Below, piece by piece: positions 8,822 to 17,991 of a stretch of 64,000 bases of DNA. Positions within the stretch are counted from its first letter, which is position 1; each line of letters begins with the position of its first letter. Made by a program: the position numbers and the translations under genes. The notes beneath the pieces are model-generated. The model was given only the letters and a program-made list of their open reading frames with translations, searched no databases and had not been told where the DNA came from. Origin of the DNA: Candidatus Berkelbacteria bacterium (GTDB lineage Bacteria > Patescibacteriota > UBA1384 > 2-12-FULL-50-11); the NCBI GenBank assembly GCA_016432625.1, contig CP066697.1, positions 392,409 through 456,408 on the forward strand. Direction: 5' to 3'.

Positions 8822-10114
8822 ATGGCCATTTCACCCTTCGCTGCAGCAATCAACCAATTAGCCGATGAGCGTGGTTTACCACGTGAAACTGTCGTGGACT
8901 CAATTCAGGCCGCTGTCGCTGCTGCTTATCGTAAAGAATACGGTCATCAAGAGCAGGAAGTACGTGCCGAGCTTAACGAGGAATCCGGAAAATTTCACGT
9001 ATTCCAGCAATTCGAAGTAGTTGAGCCAGGCGAAGAGGGGATCGAGAACATTCACGCCCAGTTGACCGAGGAAGACGCTCAGAAGATTAAGAAAGGCGCC
9101 AAAGTCGGTGAAATTGTCGAGATCGAGCTTGAGCCACACGAAGAGTTCGGGCGAATTGCCGCTATGACCGCTAAACAGGTTATCTCTCAACGCCTACGTG
9201 AAGCAGAGAAGGAAATTCTCTTTGCCGAATATAAGGATAAGGAAGGCCAACTAATTAACGGTTACGTTCAGCAAGTCGAGGGTCCAAACGTTATTCTTAA
9301 TATCGGCAAACTAAACGGTCTAATGATCGCGTCCGATCAAATCCCAAATCAAAACTATTTCCCGGGCCAGCGACTTAAAGTTTTGGTCTACACCGTTGAG
9401 GAAACCGCCCGCGGACCTCGTGTTCTCGTGACTCGCTCAAGTGCTGATTTCATTAAGAAACTTTTCGAACTAGAGGTTCCAGAGATCGCCGCAGGTTCCG
9501 TTGAAATTAAAACCATCGCCCGTGAAGCAGGTACTCGTACTAAAATGGCCGTCATCTCCACTCAACCAGGGCTTGACCCAGTCGGCTCCTGCGTGGGCCA
9601 GCGCGGTACTCGTGTCCAAGCAGTATTAAGCGAGCTTGGCGACGAGAAGATCGACATCATCCCATTTATAGATTCTGATGAGGAGATGATTATCAACGCT
9701 TTGTCTCCAGCAAAAGTGGAAAAAATCATTTTGAAGAAGAAGGCGAAAATTGCCGCGGTCGTTGTCCCTGAAGATCAGTTGTCGCTAGCCATCGGTAAAA
9801 ACGGCCAGAACGTCCGTTTAGCCAGTAAGCTGACCGGTTGGGAAATCGACATCGTCAAAACAGACGGGACTAAAGCTAGTGCCAAGAAACCTGTCGAAGA
9901 CGCGGCAGAGCTAATCGAAAAATCTGAAGAACACACCGAAGAAGAAGCGAAACAACTTGCCGACGCTGCCGTTGATATGCCCCAAGCCGAGACGGCTGAA
10001 GTGGTTAGCGAGCCAGAAACAACCATCGCTCCTACTGATGCGCCTGCTGAGACGCCTTCGGAAACGACCGAGGAGCAGAGCGAAACCTCTGCCTCAGACA
10101 CCGAAGAAAAGTAA
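8822..10114 (+). CDS. nusA: Transcription termination/antitermination factor NusA with an acidic C-terminal tail
   Basis: VTRSSADFIKKLFELEVPEI, DPVGSCVGQRGTRVQAV, AIGKNGQNVRLASKLTGWEIDI (S1 plus KH domains). AAGGAG RBS 10 nt upstream. Confidence 0.9.
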   Translation: MAISPFAAAINQLADERGLPRETVVDSIQAAVAAAYRKEYGHQEQEVRAELNEESGKFHVFQQFEVVEPGEEGIENIHAQLTEEDAQKIKKGAKVGEIVEIELEPHEEFGRIAAMTAKQVISQRLREAEKEILFAEYKDKEGQLINGYVQQVEGPNVILNIGKLNGLMIASDQIPNQNYFPGQRLKVLVYTVEETARGPRVLVTRSSADFIKKLFELEVPEIAAGSVEIKTIAREAGTRTKMAVISTQPGLDPVGSCVGQRGTRVQAVLSELGDEKIDIIPFIDSDEEMIINALSPAKVEKIILKKKAKIAAVVVPEDQLSLAIGKNGQNVRLASKLTGWEIDIVKTDGTKASAKKPVEDAAELIEKSEEHTEEEAKQLADAAVDMPQAETAEVVSEPETTIAPTDAPAETPSETTEEQSETSASDTEEK

Positions 10115-10185
10115 ACTTTACAAGCCTGTCAAGTTTGCTTTACATTTATTTTGGCCCAACAGGTTAGATTTGGCAGTTCTCACGC

Positions 10186-10213
10186 CTGACATGGCGGGTG
10201 ATATCTGCTAGAA
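10186..10213 (+). promoter_or_regulatory. Sigma70-like promoter for clpC (TGACAT-16-TAGAAT)
   Basis: cctGACATggcgggtgatatctgcTAGAATgct, ~15 nt before the clpC ATG. Confidence 0.45.
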
Positions 10214-10224
10214 TGCTATAAAAC

Positions 10225-12732
10225 ATGAGCAGAGAATTTAACGCTTTTGACAGACTCAGCGAAACGGCTCAGAAAATAATCCACGACTCTGAGGCGATTG
10301 CCCGTTCGATGGATACCGGCATCAATACCGAGCATATTCTCGCGTCGTTGGCGAACAACCCTGGGACAATCTCTTATGATGTCTTGCGAGAGTTGATGAT
10401 CAGCCCGGAGCGGATTTCTTTCGTACTCCATAACCGCAACGCCAACTTAAAACCATCGTACGGCATGTCGCCCGACATAACTCGTATCCTCAAAACCGCA
10501 TTTCAAAAAGCGTATTCATACGGGACTGCCTCCGTCGATACTGAGCACCTATTGCTCGCCATGACCCTAACCAAGGACTGTAACGCTTATCAAGTTTTAA
10601 GTGAGTTAGATATCGATCCAAAGATCCTACGCGACCAGCTAGAGCAGTATTTCGAACAGCTCCGCGCCGGTGAAGAGCAAGGAGCAAGTGAACATGAAGA
10701 AGGCGCTGAGGGAACGACGCCAGAGACTCAACTGCCGCAGTACCCACAAGAACTAACTCGGGGCGGGGGACAGAGCAAGGCGAAAAGTGCCATCGATTAC
10801 TTTACAACCGACCTAACCAAGATGGCCAAGCAGAACAAGCTTGACCCAACAATTGGCCGCGACAAAGAGATGCGACGGATGATTCAAATATTGATTCGCC
10901 GGATGAAAAATAACCCAGTTCTAGTTGGCGAGCCAGGAGTAGGAAAGACCGCGATTGTCGAGGGTTTGGCAACGAGAATCTCCCGAGGCGACGTGCCACA
11001 ACAGCTCTCTGATAAACGAGTTCTGAGTCTCGACTTAGCCTTACTAATTTCTGGTACGACCTATCGGGGCCAATTTGAGGAGAGAGTTAAGAAGCTTGTT
11101 GATGAGATTATTAAAGCCGGCAACGTCATACTCTTCTTAGATGAAATTCATACTATCGTTGGCGCTGGCGCTGCCGAGGGCTCAATGGACCTCGGGACCA
11201 TCTTTAAACCCGCCTTGGCACGCGGCCAACTACGCTTAATTGGCGCTACAACCCTTGATGAGTATCGTAGATATATCGAGAAAGACCCGGCGCTAGAACG
11301 TCGGTTACAACGGGTTGTCGTTGAAGAGCCCTCAGCCGAGGAATCAGTAAGAATACTCGATGGCCTACGCCAAACTTACGAGAAACATCACAGCGTCACG
11401 ATTGATGCCGACGCAATTGCCGCGGCCGTTGAGCTCGGTAAGCGCTACATCAACGATCGTTTCCTGCCCGATAAAGCCATCGACCTGATTGACGAGGCTG
11501 CGGCCGCAACTCAGCTTGAGAGTAATCAGCTGAAAACCTCGAACAAACTCCTTCAACTGGAAGGTGACCGAAAGAAGGCGGTTGATGAGCATAAGCTCGC
11601 CGCGGAGAATTTTGATTACAAAAAAGCCGCCGAATGGCGTGTTCTCGAACTGCGCCTAAATAACGAGATTGAAAAACTAAAAGGCAAACTGCCTAAGCGA
11701 AGTAAGCCCCGCGTCATTACCCGCGAGGATATTGCTCAAATCGTCTCGATGTGGACTGGTATTCCGGTTACCGCTCTTAACCGAGCCGAGAAAATACGCC
11801 TGCATGACCTGGAGAACGCGCTTCGAAAGCATATTATCGGCCAGGATGAGGCGATTCAATCGATAGCTCAAGCGATCAAGCGCTCAGGCGCCGGTGTCGC
11901 CGATCCGAACCGTCCACTGGGCTCGTTTATTTTCTTAGGCCCAACTGGGGTAGGGAAGACTGAGCTAGCTAAAGTGCTGGCACGTGAAGTTTACGGTCGC
12001 GAAGAGGCGCTCGTCAAAATTGATATGAGCGAGTTCATGGAGCGCCATAACGTTTCACGTCTCGTCGGTGCGCCGCCCGGATACGTCGGCTACGAGGATG
12101 CTGGCAAATTAACTGAAACCATCCGTCGCCAGCCATACTCCGTAGTTCTTCTTGATGAGATTGAGAAAGCTCATCCAGATATCTTCAATATGTTGCTACA
12201 GATTATGGAAGACGGCTACCTGACCGACGCCAAGGGTCGCCGCGTCAACTTCCGTAACACAATCATTATCATGACCTCGAATATTGGCATGGCTGAACTT
12301 AACCGACAGGCAGCAATTGGTTTTAAGGTTGGAAAAGAAGCCGATGTTAACGCCCGGTACGAGGAGATAAAGTCGCAGATTAACGACAAGCTAAAAGAGA
12401 ACTTCCGTCCTGAATTTCTTAACCGGCTCGACCGAGTCGTGGTCTTCCGACCGCTTTCCAGCGAAGACGTCAGCAAAATAGTTCAAATCCAAATCGACAA
12501 GCTTTCCAACCGCTTGCTTCCAGAAGGCATCCAGATAGCTGTTGAGGAGTCGGCTCGTGAGTTCCTAGCCGAGAAGGGTTTCGACCCGCAATTTGGTGCT
12601 CGTCACGTTAGAAGGGTTATCACTGAATACATAGAAGATCCGCTTTCCGAGCTGTTACTGAGCGGCAAACTGAACAAAAAGTCGCCGATCCGCGTTTTAC
12701 GTAAAGGCGCAAAATTGACCCTGGTAAAATAA
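10225..12732 (+). CDS. clpC: ATP-dependent Clp protease ATP-binding subunit ClpC (AAA+, two NBDs)
   Basis: Clp_N repeats. Walker [14 protein letters not shown] and [17 protein letters not shown]-like [13 protein letters not shown] ClpP-docking loop (AAIGFKVG). 835 aa. Confidence 0.85.
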   Translation: MSREFNAFDRLSETAQKIIHDSEAIARSMDTGINTEHILASLANNPGTISYDVLRELMISPERISFVLHNRNANLKPSYGMSPDITRILKTAFQKAYSYGTASVDTEHLLLAMTLTKDCNAYQVLSELDIDPKILRDQLEQYFEQLRAGEEQGASEHEEGAEGTTPETQLPQYPQELTRGGGQSKAKSAIDYFTTDLTKMAKQNKLDPTIGRDKEMRRMIQILIRRMKNNPVLVGEPGVGKTAIVEGLATRISRGDVPQQLSDKRVLSLDLALLISGTTYRGQFEERVKKLVDEIIKAGNVILFLDEIHTIVGAGAAEGSMDLGTIFKPALARGQLRLIGATTLDEYRRYIEKDPALERRLQRVVVEEPSAEESVRILDGLRQTYEKHHSVTIDADAIAAAVELGKRYINDRFLPDKAIDLIDEAAAATQLESNQLKTSNKLLQLEGDRKKAVDEHKLAAENFDYKKAAEWRVLELRLNNEIEKLKGKLPKRSKPRVITREDIAQIVSMWTGIPVTALNRAEKIRLHDLENALRKHIIGQDEAIQSIAQAIKRSGAGVADPNRPLGSFIFLGPTGVGKTELAKVLAREVYGREEALVKIDMSEFMERHNVSRLVGAPPGYVGYEDAGKLTETIRRQPYSVVLLDEIEKAHPDIFNMLLQIMEDGYLTDAKGRRVNFRNTIIIMTSNIGMAELNRQAAIGFKVGKEADVNARYEEIKSQINDKLKENFRPEFLNRLDRVVVFRPLSSEDVSKIVQIQIDKLSNRLLPEGIQIAVEESAREFLAEKGFDPQFGARHVRRVITEYIEDPLSELLLSGKLNKKSPIRVLRKGAKLTLVK

Positions 12733-12845
12733 CCGCCAAAAAAATAGCCCACGAAACACGCTTAGTAAAAGCGGCGTCTATACCTTGACTTTCTCGGTTA
12801 GACCTGTTAGTGTAGGTGCGAACTGCACAGGAGGTGCATGTACCT

Positions 12846-13208
12846 ATGAAACGGATATCAGACACATTCTTCGTCATCGCAGTCGTGGCGTTTGCCGCCG
12901 CTGTTCTCTATGAGTACGGTGAACGGACCCAGCCTTATCTCGCTACTCGCTGGGCAAGCTATGGCCATCAGGCCTGGCTCGTTTTCGCCGTTGCGGTTGG
13001 GCTTGGCTGTTTCTTCGCTGCCATCCAGTGGCTCGTCGAGTCGGTCAAACGAAAACGCCAGCACGATGACGAAACGCTCGTGGAAAAGACCCGAATCGCT
13101 GTTCTGGCCGAGGAGACTGCAAAACTTCTCGAGACAGAGAGCAAGCGAGCCAAGCTGTTCGCCCAAATGGGCGTAAACGGCGCCGGCCAGGTTATCTCAC
13201 GACGTTAG
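12846..13208 (+). CDS. Small membrane protein (2 TM plus coiled-coil), hypothetical
   Basis: MKRISDTFFVIAVVAFAAAVLY...WLVFAVAVGLGCFFAAIQW. ATG at 12846 inside a longer ORF. Confidence 0.45.
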   Translation: MKRISDTFFVIAVVAFAAAVLYEYGERTQPYLATRWASYGHQAWLVFAVAVGLGCFFAAIQWLVESVKRKRQHDDETLVEKTRIAVLAEETAKLLETESKRAKLFAQMGVNGAGQVISRR

Positions 13209-13504
13209 CGACTTTATCCCTCGCGACCCTCACCGAGTCCCCCGTCAATTCTGGCGGGGGCTCATTTTTTTATCTAATTTCGGAGTTCGTTCGGTTTTAC
13301 ACTTTTCCACAGTTTCTTGGTTAAGTTTCGGCTTGTGTTTGGGGATAAGCCGCGAGTGAACACAGCGGCGCACCACAGTGAACGGGAAAAGTATAATTAC
13401 CCCCCCCCTCGACTTTTCACCGTGAACGAGGACTTCCTTATATAACTGCCGCCTTATCAATAAGGTTTGAAAGAGGGCCGCCAGATTGGCGGCCCGTCCA
13501 TGGG

Positions 13505-13741
13505 TTACTCACTAACGACATGAGGAGGAATCTGCCAGACAATCATGCCTCTTAGATCAGCCGCCTCGAGCGCTTGCTTGAGCGTGGTCGCGTTGAGCTC
13601 GCGATACAGCGCCATACGCCACTTCTCGATCTCCTTTTCTTCAAGGCCGAGGGATTGGGCGATTGCCTTGTCGCTTTGGCCGTTGAAGATCGCCGCGTCA
13701 ATTACTCGATTTTCGTTCATATACCACCTCCGTGTGGTCAA
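13505..13741 (-). CDS. Small HTH protein (sigma-70 region-4-like), hypothetical
   Basis: NGQSDKAIAQSLGLEEKEIEKWRMAL resembles a region-4/LuxR-type HTH. Confidence 0.35.
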   Translation of the reverse strand: MTTRRWYMNENRVIDAAIFNGQSDKAIAQSLGLEEKEIEKWRMALYRELNATTLKQALEAADLRGMIVWQIPPHVVSE

Positions 13742-13837
13742 CCTATTTTAACAGATTAGCCGCCTCAAGAGGCGGCTATCGTGGGTAGGCTCGGCGTTGA
13801 GCCATTTGCGCGTCATCCTCGACACGCGGTACGTGAT

Positions 13838-14215
13838 CTAGCGGGCGAACGGTTCGAACGGGATTAAACCCAACCGAGTCGCTGCTCGGAAGGCTTGAAC
13901 CCTGTTGTGCACCTGAAGCTTGTCGTAGATATTCGCCAAGTGGAAATCTACGGTTCGCTTAGATACATAGAGAGCATCGGCAGCCTCCTTGCTGCTATTG
14001 CCCTGAGCGATTAGGCTCAGAACTTCGATCTCCCGTCTGGTCAGCCTGACACCTCTTCTGCAAGGGTCAGGCTTGGAGACGAAAGGGCTTTCACCCTCGT
14101 CCCTCTGGAACGAGCCGTTTTGGCTAGGAACACGATTCCCGGCAGGCGCAAAGCCAACCGGACGAGCTTGAAGTGCAGTAATCAAACAATCCCTCCTGGG
14201 TATTCTCCGCGGCAT
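13838..14215 (-). CDS. LuxR/GerE-family HTH transcriptional regulator
   Basis: LTRREIEVLSLIAQGNSSKEAADALYVSKRTVDFHLANIYDKL is the canonical LuxR C-terminal HTH. Confidence 0.8.
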   Translation of the reverse strand: MPRRIPRRDCLITALQARPVGFAPAGNRVPSQNGSFQRDEGESPFVSKPDPCRRGVRLTRREIEVLSLIAQGNSSKEAADALYVSKRTVDFHLANIYDKLQVHNRVQAFRAATRLGLIPFEPFAR

Positions 14216-14442
14216 CTAGCACACGGATTCTCTAGTTTATAGCAACTAACCATTAGTGTCCAGTAGCCAAATCCCCACATTTTTGCCGTGGCTTAAAAGC
14301 GAACAACCCTTTGCAGGAACTTTTCGGAGGATGCCAGCATGGTCTGTGAGCGAAGCTCACAGTGGCATCCGAGAATAAAAGCTACGAGTCCGCTGGGACG
14401 AGGAGCGGTTCCGAAAAGGTTGTTGTGAGCGCACCTTGACTG

Positions 14443-14458
14443 TTCGGTTTTTGTTCGC
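14443..14458 (+). promoter_or_regulatory. LexA-box-like operator (GTTC-N7-GTTC) in the promoter of the 84-aa gene
   Basis: ccTTGACtGTTCGGTTTTTGTTCGCcatatta. The 16-mer TTCGGTTTTTGTTCGC is identical at three sites, each between a TTGAC -35 and an AT-rich -10. Confidence 0.65.
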
Positions 14459-14482
14459 CATATTAAGAAAAAGGAGGGTAGT

Positions 14483-14737
14483 ATGGAAGAAGTTAAAACG
14501 ACTCTGGGGGAACCAGTTAAAGTTATCGCCAGTTTCTCGCCGCATAAGTTCAAGATTCACTTTTTCAACTGGAAGGAACGAACTTATCCAGTCGAGTCGA
14601 TGAATTTATTCCATATTGAGCGTGATGGCAGTAAGAAGCTTTATCATTTTGCCGTTAGCAGCCGCGGCAATTCTTATGAACTGGTTTTCGATCCAGTAAC
14701 TCTCGACTGGGTTTTGGCTGATATGGTCCAAGTATAA
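14483..14737 (+). CDS. Hypothetical 84-aa protein with a LexA box in its promoter
   Basis: AGGAGG RBS. LexA-box promoter ~25 nt upstream. No TM segment and no known motif. Confidence 0.5.
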   Translation: MEEVKTTLGEPVKVIASFSPHKFKIHFFNWKERTYPVESMNLFHIERDGSKKLYHFAVSSRGNSYELVFDPVTLDWVLADMVQV

Positions 14738-14790
14738 AACTGTGCCCGGCGAAAACGCCGGGCACTTTGACCAGGAGGAAGGGGCGGTTA

Positions 14791-15768
14791 TTAGCCGACC
14801 GCGACCCTCTCTGGTGGGGGAGGAAGCACCTCAGGATGAAGACGGGCCAACTCCTGGAAGAAATTCTGGCGCATACGCGCCAAGGTGTCCTTGAGGGCGT
14901 AACGCTCCAGACGCTTGAGGGCATGGAGAAGCTCATCAGCCTCCACCCGGCCGTGCTGCTTCATTAGCAGCTGTCCGGAACCAAGGAGTAAGGCGCCATG
15001 AACATCATCGTGATAGATGCGTTCTTTGACTCGGTGGAACGCGTTTTGCGCCATACCGACCATCAACTTACTCCAGAGCTCACTTGTGACTTCCTGCTTG
15101 ATCACGTTGTTGAGCGCCCGTATTGAGGTTTCTGCTGTTTTGAGTAGGGTGTTGCCGATCTCGCCATTGCGGACCACCAGCACCTGGATACCGCCGCTAA
15201 AGGCGACCTCAGGTTCGGCGATCCTGACGGTACGGCCACGTCCGTTCCCCTTAAGGAAGTCGTAGATCTTGGCCGCCTCTGGATGAAGCTTGTGAGTTTC
15301 ACCACCAATCGAGTGGATGCCGTAGATCGGGTACAGACTATTGTAAGCCGCCCGGTGATAGCTGCCGCAGAGCAGTGCCCCTATGGCAACCTGAAACCAA
15401 CCGATCTCGGCGTGCGCCCCGGCATCGTTCAAGATGAAGTGCTTACCCTTCTCCACGGTCGGTAGCACCGCCGCCAGCGGCGAGAGCAAACGCTCTTGCT
15501 TACCGGTTTCAGGATTGATCAGCCAGATCGGCTCGATACCGCGGGCAATGGCGACCAAGTCGCCGCTTGTTGCCGCTGATAAAGCGCCAGAGGCGTTTTT
15601 GGGGTCGTGACGCGGCAGCAATAGCCGCCGTTTGATCTCCGGCAGGGATTCAACACCCTCGACGTTCATTCCTTCCTTGACTGCCAGCTCCACGGCGGCT
15701 TTGGCAGTAGTAGGGATATGGGTGTCGTGGCCAGAACCCTTAGTGTGGACGAGTAGTTTTGGTCTCAT
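14791..15768 (-). CDS. plsX: Phosphate acyltransferase PlsX
   Basis: [10 protein letters not shown] matches [32 protein letters not shown] matches [34 protein letters not shown] matches DGFTGNVLLKTLEG. Confidence 0.7.
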   Translation of the reverse strand: [325 protein letters not shown]

Positions 15769-15858
15769 AATTGCTGTCTCCGGTTTCCAGAACTGGAAAG
15801 TACGTTGGACAATTATACAACGAATCTTGTCCGAGATTAAGATTTCCGCCTCTTGTTT

Positions 15859-15874
15859 TTCGGTTTTTGTTCGC
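15859..15874 (+). promoter_or_regulatory. LexA-box-like operator in the divergent plsX/dinB intergenic region
   Basis: ctcTTGTTTTTCGGTTTTTGTTCGCcttagatagaagtATG (TTTC-N7-GTTC, one mismatch in the first half-site). Confidence 0.6.
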
Positions 15875-15887
15875 CTTAGATAGAAGT

Positions 15888-17150
15888 ATGCGCAAGATAC
15901 TTCACGTCGACATGAACAGTTACTTTGCGACGATGGAGCAGCAAGCTTACCCCAATTTGCGAGGGCTACCGATCGGCGTGGCTGGCAAGGGTAGGGGAGA
16001 GCGAACAGTCGTAACCGGCGCCTCGATTGAGGCTAAGCGTTACGGCGTTAAATCAGGTATGTCCACGTGGGAAGCCTTGAGGCTTTGTCCCGGGCTAATA
16101 ATCGTTCCAGCGTGTTATGACCGCTACATTTTCTCCTCAAAACGGATTTTCGCTCTGCTCGAACGTCTCAGCCCAACAATTGATGTTTTCTCGATCGACG
16201 AAGCGTTTGCGGACCTGGGGGAGGATATAACCTGGGAAGAAGCTGCCAAACTTGCCCAGCAGTTTAAAGCACTAATAAAAAGCCATATCGGGTCGTGGGT
16301 AACCTGTTCGATCGGTATCTCTTACGGTAAAACACTCGCCAAACTCGCCTCGGAGCTAAAAAAACCTGACGGCCTGACCCTTGTCCGTCCTGAAGATTTT
16401 GCGGCTATCGCCGAAAAGACTGCCATTGAGGAGCTCTGCGGTATCGGCTATCGTTTGCGGCCTAGATTGAATCAGATGGGTATTTTCACGATCAAAGAGC
16501 TGGGGGATATGCCAAAAAATATGCTACTAGAAGCTTTCGGAGAGTTTACCGGCACTTGGCTGCATAATATTGGCAACGGCATCGACAACAATCTTTTGCG
16601 TTCGTTTCGCTCCTTGCCTCAGGAAAAATCAGTCGGCCACTCTTACACCTTGCCACAAGACGTTCATACCTTAGGAGAAGCTAAAAAGGTTTTATTGCTG
16701 CTCAGCGAGCGAGTCGGCGTCCGTTTGCGCCGCAAAGGCTTGATCGCCCGGGGTGTGGCGGTTTATCTGCGTTTTTACGACCGAAGCGGTTGGTCTAAAA
16801 GTGCCTTGCAAAAAAGCTTTTTTAATGACGGACGAGAGATCTACCAAGCCGCCGAGCAATTGCTCGAAATATTCAACAACTCCATCAAACCGGTTCGCCT
16901 CGTCGCCGTGACGGCCACAAACCTGGTACAACAGACCGAAATAACCCAGTCTTTATTCACGGAGGATAAGGAGTACGAGGAGTTAATTCGAGCCGTAGAT
17001 AAGGTTAACAACCGCTACGGCGAGTTTACGGTGTTCCGGAGCAGCTTAGCGACAATCAAACGGAGGATTTTCAACTTGCCCGACGGTCGTAATAAACGGA
17101 TCTACTTGCCACAAATAACTGAAGTGAATCCGTTTACTAAACGGATCTAA
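15888..17150 (+). CDS. dinB: DNA polymerase IV (Y-family translesion polymerase DinB)
   Basis: MRKILHVDMNSYFATMEQQAYPNLRGLPIGV matches E. coli DinB MRKIIHVDMDCFFAAVE. SIDEAFADL, AKLASELKKPDG. Confidence 0.9.
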   Translation: MRKILHVDMNSYFATMEQQAYPNLRGLPIGVAGKGRGERTVVTGASIEAKRYGVKSGMSTWEALRLCPGLIIVPACYDRYIFSSKRIFALLERLSPTIDVFSIDEAFADLGEDITWEEAAKLAQQFKALIKSHIGSWVTCSIGISYGKTLAKLASELKKPDGLTLVRPEDFAAIAEKTAIEELCGIGYRLRPRLNQMGIFTIKELGDMPKNMLLEAFGEFTGTWLHNIGNGIDNNLLRSFRSLPQEKSVGHSYTLPQDVHTLGEAKKVLLLLSERVGVRLRRKGLIARGVAVYLRFYDRSGWSKSALQKSFFNDGREIYQAAEQLLEIFNNSIKPVRLVAVTATNLVQQTEITQSLFTEDKEYEELIRAVDKVNNRYGEFTVFRSSLATIKRRIFNLPDGRNKRIYLPQITEVNPFTKRI

Positions 17151-17222
17151 CCGACTACCACACCCTTTCCAAGCCACTAATTGCGCGGTATGCTACCCCC
17201 TGCCTGAAAAGGAGTTCCTTCT

Positions 17223-17849
17223 ATGCCGACTGATACTGAACTTGCTCGTCCATCAGATTCCGCCAAGGTTTTGAAGATCGTGCGGAACACGCCCGGTCAA
17301 AAGTACCTCATTGGCGAAGTTAACAACCTGTTTGTTGCGGCAGCGGTTCGCGAGAGCGACGGCCAGCTGCTCATCTGCCAGATGCCACACGAGGCCAACA
17401 ACAACTTGCGAGGTGCCCCGGTGCTGCCAGCTGTACGCACCGACACACCCGCACTGAACGGCGCCGCACTGCTCGCGGCACACCTCAACGACTCTTTCGG
17501 TCTTGAGGCATTTCCGATCCAACCGATCGGACACCACATCAGAACTGGCCAATGCCGGTTCCACCCTGAGGGCCCGCGCGACGTCTTTCACACCTTCTGG
17601 ATCTGCGTGATCGAGGGGGACCAGGACATCCGAAGGCTCTACGGCTACCAGTGGGCGAACTTTTGCCGTCCAAAAGACTTTCGAACGCTCGTGCACGCCG
17701 GTGGTGTTCCAACAGAGGGCATTCTCGACCAGATCGAGTTCAACAACCTTGGCGTCTCCGCCGACCGTCACCCCTTCGACGTTCTAAGCAACATCGCCAA
17801 ATACGCCGAATCCATCCACGACGGCGAGCTACTCAAGTCTATCTTGTAG
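17223..17849 (+). CDS. Hypothetical protein (208 aa), locally GC-rich
   Basis: AAAAGGAG RBS. ~60% GC against ~48% background. No recognisable motif. Lies between dinB and lexA. Confidence 0.45.
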   Translation: MPTDTELARPSDSAKVLKIVRNTPGQKYLIGEVNNLFVAAAVRESDGQLLICQMPHEANNNLRGAPVLPAVRTDTPALNGAALLAAHLNDSFGLEAFPIQPIGHHIRTGQCRFHPEGPRDVFHTFWICVIEGDQDIRRLYGYQWANFCRPKDFRTLVHAGGVPTEGILDQIEFNNLGVSADRHPFDVLSNIAKYAESIHDGELLKSIL

Positions 17850-17960
17850 GGCTCGTCCCAACTTCACGAAAGCCGCCTGGAATTATCCAAGCGGCTTTCT
17901 CCGCATTCAGATCGCCAACAGATACTTGTTGTCGAGGTACATGTAAGTGCTATTGACACG

Positions 17961-17976
17961 TTCGGTTTTTGTTCGC
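17961..17976 (+). promoter_or_regulatory. LexA-box-like operator in the lexA promoter (autoregulation)
   Basis: ctaTTGACacGTTCGGTTTTTGTTCGCtacgttagtactaacATG. Confidence 0.65.
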
Positions 17977-17991
17977 TACGTTAGTACTAAC

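Noticed and set aside
10115-10224. CtsR operator or CIRCE element upstream of clpC
   Set aside because: GTCAAG occurs once, but no tandem GGTCAAA heptad repeat is present, and there is no CIRCE inverted repeat. Only a plain promoter is called.
14443-14458. Cheo-box (CGAACRNRYGTTCG) type LexA site
   Set aside because: The repeats are direct (GTTC-N7-GTTC), not palindromic, so they are described as alphaproteobacterial-type instead.
17651-17956. 101-aa Arg-rich ORF overlapping the end of the 208-aa gene
   Set aside because: Alternative frame of a GC-rich gene, low-complexity and basic. It is spurious.
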